Shown: in pieces, positions 22,114-34,829 of the stretch
How the letters are laid out: every line of letters begins with the position of its first letter
Position numbering within the stretch: position 1 is the stretch's first letter
NCBI GenBank assembly: GCA_965235115.1
Contig: OZ249445.1
Span: forward strand, 17,298,001 to 17,362,000
Length of the DNA: 64,000 nucleotides
Direction of reading: 5' to 3'
From: Laetmonice hystrix
Taxonomy: Eukaryota
Made by a program: the position numbers and the translations under genes
Notes under the pieces: generated by a model
Told to the model about the DNA's origin: nothing
The model's input: only the letters and a program-made list of their open reading frames with translations
Database searches by the model: none

Positions 22114-25100
22114 ATGCCCTTTACAATAGGTGGCATATTCTTTACTGCTATGCTATGTAAGTATGTTTTACTATAACATATAGTCTTGTGGAACAAACAA
22201 ACAAACAAAAAACAAGCAATAGGTCCCTATAATCAAGAACCACATTGAACCATGCCATGTGCCAATCAAGATTCAAATATGAGGTCTATAATTGTCAAAG
22301 ATAAAAGTATTATAGATCTATGCCATACGTATATAAACTCTCATCTCTCACCTTTGCCTGATGCAGTCTTACCGGGTGTGATCAGTGGGTGTACACTACC
22401 AGCCAACCTCCAGAATCATATCGAAACTCCTGGCGATTACTGGATGGTTGCCAACCCACAGCCCCTAGCGGTGACCTTTGTCAACAGCACTGTAACAGTT
22501 TATGGTGCAAAATGGGGGATTGTCAGAGAAAACGGCACTGCTGCCACCTGTTGGAATATCAATGAAACGGACAGTTTGGAAATAATTTTTAAACTTGACA
22601 GGCAAGTTAATCGGGCGTTTAGGTACATTTTATTTAGCATTCTGTTGGTAGCCTACTGGCTGTCGGGTATCTGACTGCCTGTAAAATTAATCAGTAATGG
22701 AAACTTGCATGAAAGCATGATAATAGCGGTAAAGTTGCCCCGAAGGATGGCAATGCAACTTTTTCTAAAGTTTGCTATGTTTCAAAATTGTTGTCTTCAG
22801 ATCAAGCTCTGGCTCGTTTGTGTGTGGTACGTTCACCCAGAGGACAGACAATGTGGTTCATGTGTCCCTAGGTATGTACATAGCGTGCGTTGATCAATGC
22901 TATGTATGTACATAGCGTGCGTTGATCAATGCTATGTATACAGCATGTTTATTTGCGCTTGCGTTTTTGATTGTTAAATTGCGTTAGATTAAAGAGGGAA
23001 AATGACACAAATTTATTTGTGTATTTTACAGGTCCACAAACACCAACACAAAACTGTTCATCGAGCGTTAATCAAACAGAATGGCTTTTAGTTTGTAAGT
23101 ATTGGCCTTGTTTCGGCTAAATTAAGTATACTTTAATAAAATACTGAAGTCTAAAGAGCAAAAGTTCCCATATTTTATAGCTACGCTTTATAATATTACA
23201 AACCTCCTGGACTGGCACAGACACATCTTTATGGCCCTCACGACAGAGGGGCTATAGAAAACACTGACTTAAAACGGACACTTTTTCCTTGCAGCAAATC
23301 GTCCCCGAGGTAAGCACAGACTTATGAGCTGTCATGGTTTGTTACACGGGGGATATAACTTCACTGCTTCTGTGTCTTATGGGCCTTCAAGAAACAAAGA
23401 GGTATGCTGTCTGATACGGTTGTTCTTTTAATAGAGATTGTATCAAAGATACTGCAATCTCTAAATATATGTCGGAAGCAAAGACTCGATACTGCAATCT
23501 CTAAATATATGTCGGAAGCAAAGGCTCGATACCGCAATCTCTAAATATATGTCGGAAGCAAAGGCTCGATACTGCAATCTCTATGTCGAGGGCAAAGGCC
23601 CGATACTATAATCTCTAAATATATGTCGGAGGCAAAGGCTCGATACTACAATCTCTAAATATATGTCGGAGGCATAGGCTCGATACTGCAATCTCTAAAT
23701 ATATGTCGGAGGCAAAGGCTCGATACTACAATCTCTAAATATATGTCGGAAGCAAAGGCTCGATACTGCAATCTCTATGTCGAAGGCAAAGGCTCGATAC
23801 TGCAATCTCTAAATATATGTCGGAGGCAAAGGCTCGATACCGCAATCTCTAAATATATGTCGGAGGCAAAGGCTCGATACCGCAATCTCTAAATATATGT
23901 CGGAGGCAAAGGCTCGATACCGCAATCTCTAAATATATGTCGGAGGCAAAGGCTTGGGAGTTTCCCGTTTTAATTGGCTCGAAGCGCAGCCGTTGTCTGA
24001 TTTCCAAGTTGCCACAACGTTCACTCCTGACATCTTGTGTTTCAGACGCTGTGCCATGATGACCCAGTGTCCTCGCGGTTAGAATCTGAGTGTTTGCCTG
24101 GAGAGGGACTTCAGTTTACCTTTCCACATGTTTCGTGCATACCGGAGAAAACTGGCTGGAGCAAACGTAAATATACCGTCATCTTCAGAGTTTGTTCTCT
24201 ATAGCAATGGTATTATATCTAACGAGGATCTTTTCTGTCCAAATCTCTGATTGAGAGTTGTACTGATTAAAGAAGAGTGGTTGAATGAGGTCTGACTATG
24301 ATTGGTGTTGATTTGTTTGGGCAGGCCAGACGGTTTACTGCCTGGACACGTGGAGTGAGGGAGGCGACACCTTTGCTCTCCTGGGGTCGGAATATTACAA
24401 ACCTACATGGGGCATGGTAAACTCAGCAAGTCATTGATAAGGACGTAATATATTGGTTAATATTCACAATAATACACAAGGTCATAATGTTATAGATTAC
24501 ATAACTATAACTGAAGGGACCTCGGTCTTAGCACCGACGATAAACGACTAAAAGTATTAAAATAAAATAACTGGTGAACCTCTTCTACCTTCATGTTTAT
24601 TAAGAAAGTGTCCGGGGACCAGTTAGCCGAAATATATTTGGACCAAGATGACCTGGTCCGAATTCCCACACAAGAAATGAGAATAATAACTCTCCACTTG
24701 ACTCAGACCACAGGTAAGGAAATTATAATGACAATACAACATTAAATCAATCAACTACATGATTAAGAATATTATGGCATACAACAGCCAATGATTGCAA
24801 TAACAAATATTTGTGGATTTTGATAATTTTGAAGTATGTAACATAATAAGTTCAATCACTATTTTATTTTTTTGTCATAATCGATTCCCTAGAAGTTTCA
24901 CAGAAACTGGAATCCTGCGAATTTGACGAAACCGTTTTGACCCGAGACCGGTGGTTAGACTTCAGCCAAGGTTCCAGTAACCCAAGTGACGTCAACGTCA
25001 CCGCCAAGGAAATTAACATGGGTTCATTCACTGACTTCACCTGCAGGGTCAAGTTGGACCAGGCCATGTACATTTTATATCATAATCAGTCAGAGGGTTG

Positions 25101-28100
25101 GTGAGTATTGATAATCGGACAGATGACCTATACGAAATGATACGACGTTTAACGGTTCAAAATTTTATTTTCAATATGTCGTCTTATATAGGCCTATAAC
25201 TTCACAATCAATAGTTCGGCCTGGTCAAGTCCCTTGTCCCATGTCCCAGGGCTATGTCCCATGCCTCGCGTCCCGGGCCTATGTCCCTGGACTCAAGTAG
25301 AATACCGTTTTGATGGCAGCCAGCCAAGATTCACCTGCGGAAAGTTCGTCCGACCCTCGCCGGCCGTTCTACGTTACAAGATCAGTAGGTATCGTTCTAC
25401 TGATTAACTTTCAAACAAATCTACTACTGTAAACTATATAATATATAGACTATTAAACAAATCTACTACTGTAAACTATATAATATATAGACTATTAAAC
25501 TACATATTGACACCATATTTATAAATGGCCTACGATTAGGTATAAAAACGCTGGTGTAGCCATCATATACTAAGAAAGGATAAAATCGTAAAAGTTTGTT
25601 TCTACCATACATAGGTCAAAGCAAGAAGGAATATTCCGATCCGTATGAGGTCTGTAGAAGCAGTAATTTCGTGGATGATCCGCCGCCACTTGGACGTCGT
25701 TATAGGAGCTCTCTATACAAGAATCTGGTCGGTTAGTATTAGTATAATCCTACCAATCTTAGCCAATATATCGACCCACTCACTGCGTTACACTACGGGT
25801 AGTGTTAGAAGGATGGCCATATCTACACCAATCTGTACCCGGGGTTACCACCTCCTCGACTGGTCTATACAAGAATCTGGTCGGTTAGTATTAGTACAAC
25901 CCTACCAATCTTAGCCAATATATCGACCCACTCACTGCGTTACACTATACGGGTAGTGTTAGAAGGATGGCCATATCTACATCAATCTGTACCCGGGGTT
26001 ACCACCTCCTCGACTGTACAAGAATCTGGTCGGTTAGTATTAGTACAACCCTACCAATCTTAGCCAATATATCGACCCACTCACTGCGTTACACTATACG
26101 GGTAGTGTTAGAAGGATGGCCATATCTACATCAATCTGTACCCGGGGTTACCACCTCCTCGACTGTCTCAGTATTAGAAGTAACGTATTCCGTTCGGAAT
26201 GTCAGCGTCCGTACCAATCTGTACCCGGGGTTACCACCTCCTATAGACTCTCTCAGTATTAGAAGTAACGTATTCCGCTCGGAATGTCAGCGTCCGTACC
26301 AATCTGTACCCGGGGTTACCACCTCCTCGACTCTCTCAGTATTAGAAGTAACGTATTCCGCTCGGAATGTCAGCGTCCGTACCAATCTGTACCCGGGGTT
26401 ACCATCTCCTCGACTCTCTCAGTATTAGAAGTAACGTATTCCGTTCGGAATGTCAGCGTCCGTACCAATCTGTACCCGGGGTTACCATCTCCTCGACTCT
26501 CTCAGTATTAGAAGTAACGTATTCCGTTCGGAATGTCAGCGTCCGTACCAATCTGTACCCGGGGTTACCACCTCCTCCACTCTCTCAGTATTAGAAGTAA
26601 CGTATTCCGTTCGGAATGTCAGCGTCCGTACCAATCTGTACCCGGGGTTACCACCTCCTCGACTCTCTCAGTATTAGAAGTAACGTATTCCGTTCGGAAT
26701 GTCAGCGTCCTTATTGTGTTCGTTTGTTTGATTGTTCGCACAGCAAACGACTGGCAGGATGAAGTGCAGACAGTAGCGTGCCTGTTTGGTGGCTGTTTTA
26801 CAGTCATGGGTAGTGTGGACGGCAAGGATTGTGCAGGGTCCATGGACAACTCTGAGAAGAATAAATTCACTGTTGATGTCACTTGTCAAGGTGACCCTCA
26901 ACACGTGGTTCGGTGTAAGTAGTACTTACATGTAAGTACACGGAATTATAAAAGATTATTATTTGCGAAATAATTATGCAATATGATAGTATCCATCAAG
27001 GATTGTTCTTGTTAGTAGTAGACTGCCTCTTGCAGATAGTTGAATTGTCTTGTTATTTCTCTCGTCTTTAGCTTTCGAATGTCTGTCAGAGTTGCCATCG
27101 GGAAGACAACACATGCGACTGCTGCTGGTCAGAGAGGATATCAAGATGGTGGTCTGTGTGGTAGGCCCAAAACTAAGGTGTTGCCATGGATACCAGTAAA
27201 CTACGAATAAATATATCTTCGTAGCTTTTCCGTGTACCTTTAAAACGTTGTCAGAACCTTGCCCCTGCCTGTGGAAGACTTTGGTGATACTAAGTATATA
27301 AAGTTTAATGTGTTACCTTCGTATACTTTGATGCTGGTTTACAGATGGTAACTGGAAATTCCACGGACTTCGTGCTGAGCGTGCTTTCAACGTCAGAGTG
27401 TAATGAGGATACGCCGCTAGATGTCGCCCTCAACGCGAGTCTCCCTAGACTATTGTTGAATGCAACGCAATGTATGCGGCAATTGATAACATGTTTAAAA
27501 ATGATTATCATATTCAAAACTTTTGATTATTGCAATAATCTTTATCTTTCAAAAATATTCTAGGCCTGGTACTTAATCTTTGCCCATTATTACACTGAAA
27601 CTTAGATTACATTAGCGCTATCTGAGATTTTAATAGGCTATGAGGATATTTCCCTCTTTACTACTAATTTAAAACATTTATGATTACAGTAGATGCGAGC
27701 GACGTGCACACTAGTACAACGCAGGTTTCTAACCAAGATACCACCAGCGAGGAACCTTCAACTTGGCAAACGTCAAGTCAGTATACCATTTGAAAAACTT
27801 TATACTGATTATAACCTTTAACAAAGGCGTGTTCAAAGATAATGTATTGTGGAATGGACTTTTCTTGCCGAACGTATGTCCCCGCTGTCGGACCAAAGTA
27901 TAAATGGCAGTGGCATACCTATCATTGGCAGCCTGAGGGGGGGGGGGGGTTATACCCCCACCTCCACCCCCTAAATACGCCAGTATACATGCCTGGCAAT
28001 GATGTCTGTATTATAGCGTTTGTTTTCCCGTTCAGCCCCAGCGGCGCGTCTCACGACCGGCGCGCCCCCTGGCGGAGACGGTCGGAGTGTGGTGATCGGC

Positions 28101-28238
28101 GTGACGTGTGGTGTGGTTGTCACAGTGTGTCTGCTCGTCACAGCCGGTGTGTTGTGGTTCCGGTATGTCAGATACCGGAAACAAGGCCGACGGCCACCGG
28201 ACTTGGACGAACATATACTGACCGAGTCGGCGTACTAG
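22114..28238 (+). CDS. Gene B: paralogue of gene A, type I membrane protein (~635 aa) without the ShK domain
   Basis: Exons 22114-22156, 22367-22601 (GC donor; alternative GT end at 22622), 22801-22871, 23032-23094, 23295-23401, 24046-24166, 24325-24416, 24605-24713, 24893-25100, 25320-25384, 25615-25731, 26744-26914, 27072-27160, 27345-27471, 27690-27776, 28036-28238. Several exon sizes match gene A exactly (235, 121, 92, 109, 65, 117, 127 nt). Shared motifs, e.g. QTVYCLDTWSEGGDTFALLGSEYYKPTW vs QTLYCLETWTDGIYTFTLVGSQYYKPTW. Confidence 0.87.
23448..23955. repeat. 40-bp minisatellite, ~13 copies (two shortened), intronic
   Basis: Unit gatactgcaatctctaaatatatgtcggaggcaaaggctc. Confidence 0.95.
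25714..26165. repeat. ~152-bp tandem repeat, 3 copies, starting inside gene B exon 11 and including its donor
   Basis: Unit begins tatacaagaatctggtcg|gttagt; copies at 25714, 25866 and about 26017. Confidence 0.93.
26166..26710. repeat. 83-bp minisatellite, ~6.5 copies
   Basis: Unit tctcagtattagaagtaacgtattccgttcggaatgtcagcgtccgtaccaatctgtacccggggttaccacctcctcgactc. Confidence 0.95.
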
Positions 28239-31200
28239 TGTGCACTGCTAACAGGGTGTTGGGAGGGAGGGGGTTCAAGCGGAAAATTGTGGGACATACT
28301 AGAGACAATTGGATGTATTGAGAGACTCCTACAATCTCATGTCTGGATTCACCTGCACGGAGGTGCATTATGTTCTGATAATGGTCGCCGCCCTAGGTTC
28401 ACCTCCAATCTTATCCAGTTTGTATCATTACATAATGGACACTATGATAATTATTGACTCCGAAAGCGGTCAATATCCCATGCAGTCGGAATGTAGCCTA
28501 TGACGCGCCACTAGGTTTTATAATGATTATACTGCCGTCTTACGATATTGACAATAGTATTGGCAGTTTGTGGGAGATATTGAGGCAACAATTTGGCAGT
28601 TAGTGGGAGATATTGAGGCAACAATTTGACTTGTGCAATATTCTGACGGAATCAACCCTCGATAGATATTTATTGCCGCCTGTCCAATATTATTGCATCG
28701 TTGGTGGCCATCAGACGACAAAAGTTCCCTGCCAGGTGTTTACACGTTGTCCGACCCCCCCCCCTCCCATTTTCACATGATGGCTGACACTCCGCCTTCC
28801 CTCCCACATCATATATAGTCAAAGCCCATCCGAAATTCACCATCTCCCAAAGAAAGTCTAAAAGTCATGAAAGCTACGTTTGAGGCAAACCTGGCCTGTT
28901 TGTACAGTTTGTATAACTTGATGGGTTGGTTTGGTAGACAGGGATACTGCCTTCAGCCTGTCATACTCGCTGACATCTTATTTAATTACATACACAAGGG
29001 ATTCTACCTTAAGGTGGAGATAATATTGTGACCTGTCGCCTCCATAACACCGACCTTATACCTGTTGTATACTGTGGGTAATTCAGTGTGTCGACTGTCG
29101 GGTGGCATGAAGTAAAGAAACGTGTTGTCTGAAACAGGAACTGGCTGGATGACTGAACAAGGACCTGTCGGGTCTATTATTCACGTAATGACTCGGGAAA
29201 TGTGTATCATAACTGATAGGTGACACATGGTGTTTCTTTTTGTCTCCCATCAGAGAATATCAATAGAACAGTTGTAGCACATCATGCCCTTGAGTTATAG
29301 AAAGAAAATTTACGTAATGGTAAATGTAATAGTACAATAATTGTGTTAAACATCTTTTCTCAACACGTCAGAGTGCACCTGCAAGTTGGACAAATTCGAT
29401 GCTGACGAGCGCTTGTGTGTTTTGTGATACAACCATTGTCCTCATCCAGGGTTTATCGGACCTTGTGCTACTATACGGTAAACCGTCATTCGTTTTGTAT
29501 TTTGCATGAGACAGAAATTTCGCGACAATTTCACACGCGCGAAATCTAGTCCCACATTGAGAAATAGCAAAGATTGATTTTGTAATTTCGCGAAAAATAG
29601 ACACGCGCTAAAGGTCTAAATGAGGATTTCGTGAAAATTGTACAACGCAAAAATCTCACGGAGTGGTTTAGATAATCTCAACAGGCATCGGTGTATATTG
29701 TAATGTGGTGTGCTTCTTCTATAGCATAGATGTAGGGGATTCTATCTTTTATTGTAAATAATATTGAATACAAGATGTGACTTGTGCATTATGAAGCCAG
29801 ACAATTAAAGGCTCAAGAGTTTGGGGAATTGAGTGTTCAATTGTGTGTATGTGATGATGTTTACTTTGGGCCCGTTAATGCTTTCAGTGCACAGTTATAA
29901 AATGTATATATTTGCGCAGTGTATCACCTCTCCCCCCAGAATTCGCTATGTGTTATTGAATCAGGTTTTTTTCCACTAATGCACCCGGACTAGGGTTGTC
30001 CTGAGTTACCTAGGCGAACGTCAGTCATTGTGATCTCATGCCTATAGATTATGAAACTGTCAATCATATATCGAGATGGTACATGTTTTTGTATGGCGAC
30101 CACGCCCGCCAGCACAAAACGTTACCTATACGTACTCCACGAATAGATACATACGACAGACTGTGAATCAGTGACTGCACCAAACAATACTCATTGAATA
30201 TGTGTATAGCGTCCCACCCTCCTCATAATCCATCCTTTCAATTTTGATTCCACACATTTTCAAAGGAACTCTAGTAATCTACTTCCAATACAACAGCCGC
30301 AATGATTTTTTCAATTCTCAGTACGATAGTGCTAATCACATTTCCATTTGTCGGGCTTATGTCTTAACTTAATCTAGGCATTTCTATTCTGACTATTTCA
30401 GCCTGTGTATATGAAGGCCTACGTTATTAAAATGATGCTATCTCAAGGAATATGAGGACATGTAGTGTTTTATACATTCTCACCTTACAACAGGTCCGCC
30501 GTGATGACTTAATCTTAGTTTTCTCTTCTAATTCGGTCCGAATTAGTGAATCCAAAGGAACATAGTGCTCTAATCGCTGCTCGGTGCATCGAACATTACA
30601 GTCTGTTTACATTAAGAATATTATAGTGTTTCCTTTTTCTCATATTCGTGACAATTGCTAGACATAATCTCCTAAAGTCCCCTTTCGACTATTATAGTTA
30701 TAGTAGATGCACATTGCCTGTTGAAAAAAAAAATCGATAAAAACTTAGGCCTATGATCTTTCTTTCAGTTTCATTCCTTCAAAATTCTGATCCGGGGGCA
30801 AATTGTGAGATTACCAAGCAACAGCTGCGATGTACACCTTCAAACTTATGTACATGTATATAAAAACAGAGAGTTAAAACGCCCATAGTTGATCATAACC
30901 GGAGGTTATGGTATACATCTGTAAATGGGGGGGGATGACGTGCTGGCATGCAGCTGCCCCATCGACATGGACAGATGGTCATGGTGGGCGGGTCAGATGC
31001 ACGGATAGTTCACTGGTGAGGGTGGGGTGAGTAGGAGGGTATACTAAACAGTTGGACCCGCCCAGTTTTCCCTTGAGGCAGTCAGACGAGGCAGTGAGAC
31101 GCACACCCCTTCCACCCCTAATTGCTATCTCCGAATGGAACGTTCCGCCGGTATTATTGGGTGGGTTTGTCGGGCCCGATCAGTCAGTCGGTTGGCGGGT

Positions 31201-31441
31201 GTCGAGACAAACAACTTACGGTAGGTGTTGTCATTCTCTTAATGGTCAAAGTGAGGCGGTCAAGGGGGTCGACATTTACAGGTCAGGGAGGTGTCTCTGT
31301 CAGGACTTTCTTCATGAACATACCAAGGAATTTCTAGGGACGTTTTAAGGCGCGGCAGCAAATCTAAAAATTCTAAAAGGTTATCAAGGCAAACTATGCA
31401 AGTAGAGTTTAGACCAACCGTCACGAAAAAAGTGGATTTAA

Positions 31442-34038
31442 AGCCCCAGTCCCACCAAAGCCGAATTAGCTACGACGTGTCACGATCTGATAAATCGTGT
31501 AGAATCGGGAAAGGTCCTAACTCGGTCGTAGAGTAGTCTTGATAGATCCTCATAGGTCGCGACAATTTTGAACTGTCCAAAACAATCGGCATTGGTCGGG
31601 AAAAAGCTCAGATCTGGGCTATATCGTAGGTCAAACGTTGCTCAGTCGGGAATATAGTCGGGGAACAATCAGGATAGTTCGTTGTTCAGTCCTGGTTTAT
31701 CGTAGGACAATTGCCAGAAAATTAAGCCCCAGTCCCACCAAAGCCGATTGTACTACGTTCCATGCCGTTCTATCAAGATCTAAAATTTATTTTAAGTCGT
31801 GATGAATCGTGATGAAATAATGACAACCCGAAGACCTAGCTACGAATTGTCACGTTCAACGGCGACTGGGCAACGGTTTTCCAAAGATCTCTCAACGATC
31901 ACGCTGCGTGCTATCATGTTCTATCTCGACATCCCCCCGACCTTCCCGACCGAGAAAGAACTTAGCAACGTTCTCTGCCGACCTATGCAGATTGAGCTAC
32001 GTCCTATCAAGAACCCGACCCGATGTTTGACCAACGATGTAGCAACGTTCTATGCCGTCTGAGCCCCAGCCGAGCTACGACCTGTCCCGATGACGTCAGG
32101 GCTAGACCTAGGAAATGTCTGGCGATTGTCCTACGACCAACCAGGACTGAACAACGAACTATCCCGATTGTCCCCCGACTATTGCCGACTGAGCAACGTT
32201 TGACCTACGGTATATCCCCGATTTGAGCTTTTTCCCGACCAATGCCGATTGTTTTGAACAGTTTAAAATTGTCGGGGTGCAATCGTGGCCTATCCCGACC
32301 TATGAGGATCTATCAAGACTACTGTACGACCGAGTTAGGACTTTTCCCGTTTCTACACGATTTATCAGATCGTGACACGTCGTAGCTAATTCGGCTTTGG
32401 TGGGACTGGGGCTTTAGCCCTTAAGCCCCAGTCCCACCAAAGCCGATTGTACGACGTTCTATGCCGTTCTATCAAGATCTGAAATTTAGTTTAAGTCGTG
32501 ATGAATCGTGATAAAATCATGACAACCCGAAGAGCTAGCTACGAATCTATCATGTTCTATCCCGACATCGGCCCGACCTTCCCGACAGCGCAACGACTAA
32601 AGCAACGTTCACTGCCGACCTATGCAGATTGAGCTTCGACCTGTCAAGATCCCGGCCCGATGTATGGCGACCTATACCAAGATTGACAAACGATGTAGCA
32701 ACGTTCTATGCCGTGCCCCAGCCGAGCTACGACCTGTCCCGATGACATCTGGTCTAGATCAGGGCTAAAGCCCCAGTCCCACCAAAGCCGAATTAGCTAC
32801 GACGTGTCACGATCTGATAAATCGTGTAGAATCGGGAAAGGTCCTAACTCGGTCGTACAGTAGTCTTGATAGATCCCCATAGGTCGGGATAGGCCACGAT
32901 TGCACCCCGACAATTTTAAACTGTTCAAAACAATCGGCACTGGTCGGGAAAAAGCTCAAATCGGGGATATACCGTAGGTCAAACGTTGCTCAGTCGGGAA
33001 TAGTCGGGGGACAATCGGGATAGTTCGTTGTTCAGTCCTGGTTGATCGTAGGACAATCGCCAGACATTTCCTAGATCTCGCCCTGACGTCACCGGGACAG
33101 GTCGTCGCTCGGCCGGGGCTCAGACGGCACAGAACGTTGCTACATCGTTGGTCAAACATCGGGTCGGGTTCTTGATAGGACGTAGCTCAATCTGCATAGG
33201 TCAGCAGAGAACGTTGCTAAGTTGTTTCTCGGTCGGGAAGGTCGGGGGGATGTCGAGATAGAACATGATAGCACGCATCGTGATCGTTGAGAGATCTTTG
33301 GAAAACCGTTGCCCAGTCGCCGTTGAACGTGGCAATTCGTAGCTAGGTCTTTGGGTTGTCATTATTTCATCACGATTCATCACGACTTAAAATAAATTTT
33401 AGATCTTGATAGAACGGCATGGAACGTAGTACAATCGGCTTTGGTGGGACTTTTTTGGCAATTTTCCTACGATAAACCAGGACTGAACAACGAACTATCC
33501 CGATTATTCCCCGACTATATTCCCGACTGAGCAACGTTTGACCTACGATATAGCCCCGATCTTGAACAGTTCACAATTGTCCCGACCTTTGAGGATCTAT
33601 CAAGACTACTCTACGACCGAGTTAGGACCTTTCCCGATTCTACACGATTTATCAGATCGTGACACGTCGTAGCTAATTCGGCTTTGGTGGGACTGGGGCT
33701 TAATCTAGATCTGATGTCATCGGGACAGGTCGCAGCTCGGCTGGGGCACGGCATAGAACGTTGCTACATCGTTTGTCAATCTTGGTATAGGTCGCCATAC
33801 ATCGGGCCGGGATCTTGATAGGTCGAAGCTCAATCTGCATAGGTCGGCAGTGAACGTTGCTTTAGTCGTTGCGCTGTCGGGAAGGTCGGGCCGATGTCGG
33901 GATAGAACATGATAGATTCGTAGCTAGGTCTTCGGATTTTCATGATTTCATCACGATTCATCACAACTTAAACTAAATTTCAGATCTTGATAGAACGGCA
34001 TAGAACGTCGTACAATCGGCTTTGGTGGGACTGGGGCT
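31442..34038. mobile_element. Nested cluster of one MITE family (TIR AGCCCCAGTCCCACCAAAGCCGA; TTA/TAA flanks, PIF/Harbinger-like)
   Basis: Eight TIR copies, at 31442(+), 31725(+), 32413(-), 32424(+), 32769(+), ~33451(-, truncated), 33700(-), 34038(-). Segment 32424-33700 is the reverse complement of 31442-32420 plus 33704-34038. Superfamily is inferred from the TWA flanks. Confidence 0.88.
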
Positions 34039-34103
34039 TTAGGATGGAACAAACCTGGTCATGCACACTCCTGATTCAGAATGAATGACTTTCATATGAA
34101 TAA

Positions 34104-34327
34104 TATGGAGCCCCGGAGTGGACATGCTGAAAATATTTTTTAATCCGTACGCACGGATTACTAAACCGTGAGCACGGATTACTAAACCGTGTGCACGGTT
34201 TACTAAACCGTGCGCACGGAATCCGTGGCCATGGTTTAGTAATTCGTGGCCACGGTTTAGTAATTCGTGGCCACAAATTAATAATAATAAATAATTATTT
34301 TCAGCATGTCACCTCCGGGGCTCCATA
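34104..34327. mobile_element. TA-flanked fold-back MITE with internal 21-bp repeats in both orientations
   Basis: TA|TGGAGCCCCGGAG..ACATGCTGAAAAT at the left end and ATTTTCAGCATGT..CTCCGGGGCTCCA|TA at the right; internal gcacggattactaaaccgt and inverted ccacggtttagtaattcgtg repeats. Confidence 0.8.
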
Positions 34328-34480
34328 GTATGGAAAGAGAGGGTGAAAGATATAAATTCTTTCAGCAATAATCTTGATTTTTATAAAGCTTTTAGTGCGG
34401 CGTCAGTGAAGTTTGTCATGATATTCGTCATGAAATTCGAACAATGAGTCCATATAACAATAGAATCTGTTTTAGCGCAT

Positions 34481-34677
34481 CGCACTCAGTCAGTGTGAAC
34501 CGCTACTCATTCACAAGTTGTAAACCGATCGCACTCAGTCAGTGTGAACCGCTACTCATTCACAAGTTGTAAACCGATTGCACTCAGTCAGTGTGAACCG
34601 CTACTCATTCACAAGTTGTAAACCGATCGCACTCAGTCAGTGTGAACCGCTACTCATTCACAAGTTGTAAACCGATA
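34481..34677. repeat. 49-bp tandem repeat, 4 copies
   Basis: Unit cgcactcagtcagtgtgaaccgctactcattcacaagttgtaaaccgat. Confidence 0.95.
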
Positions 34678-34829
34678 AGTAAACTTGTCTCGGTAAATGG
34701 CGAAAAGCAATTTTCTAAAGTGATTTCAGGAATCAACAAATCTGCAAATTCTCTTAGACTCGCCATAATTATGACCAATATTTATTTATAATTTCTTTTA
34801 TTCCATTGTCTTTAGTCTAAATGCATGTC

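Noticed and set aside
29368-29430. Possible extra terminal exon (xCTCKLDKFDADERLCVL*) that could give a secreted gene B isoform
   Set aside because: Only an acceptor-like AG and 18 codons, no similarity to gene A and no independent support.
31799-33383. Duplicated short ORFs (MMNRDEIMTT.., MFDQRCSN..) on opposite strands
   Set aside because: They arise from the inverted MITE copies and show no transposase motifs.
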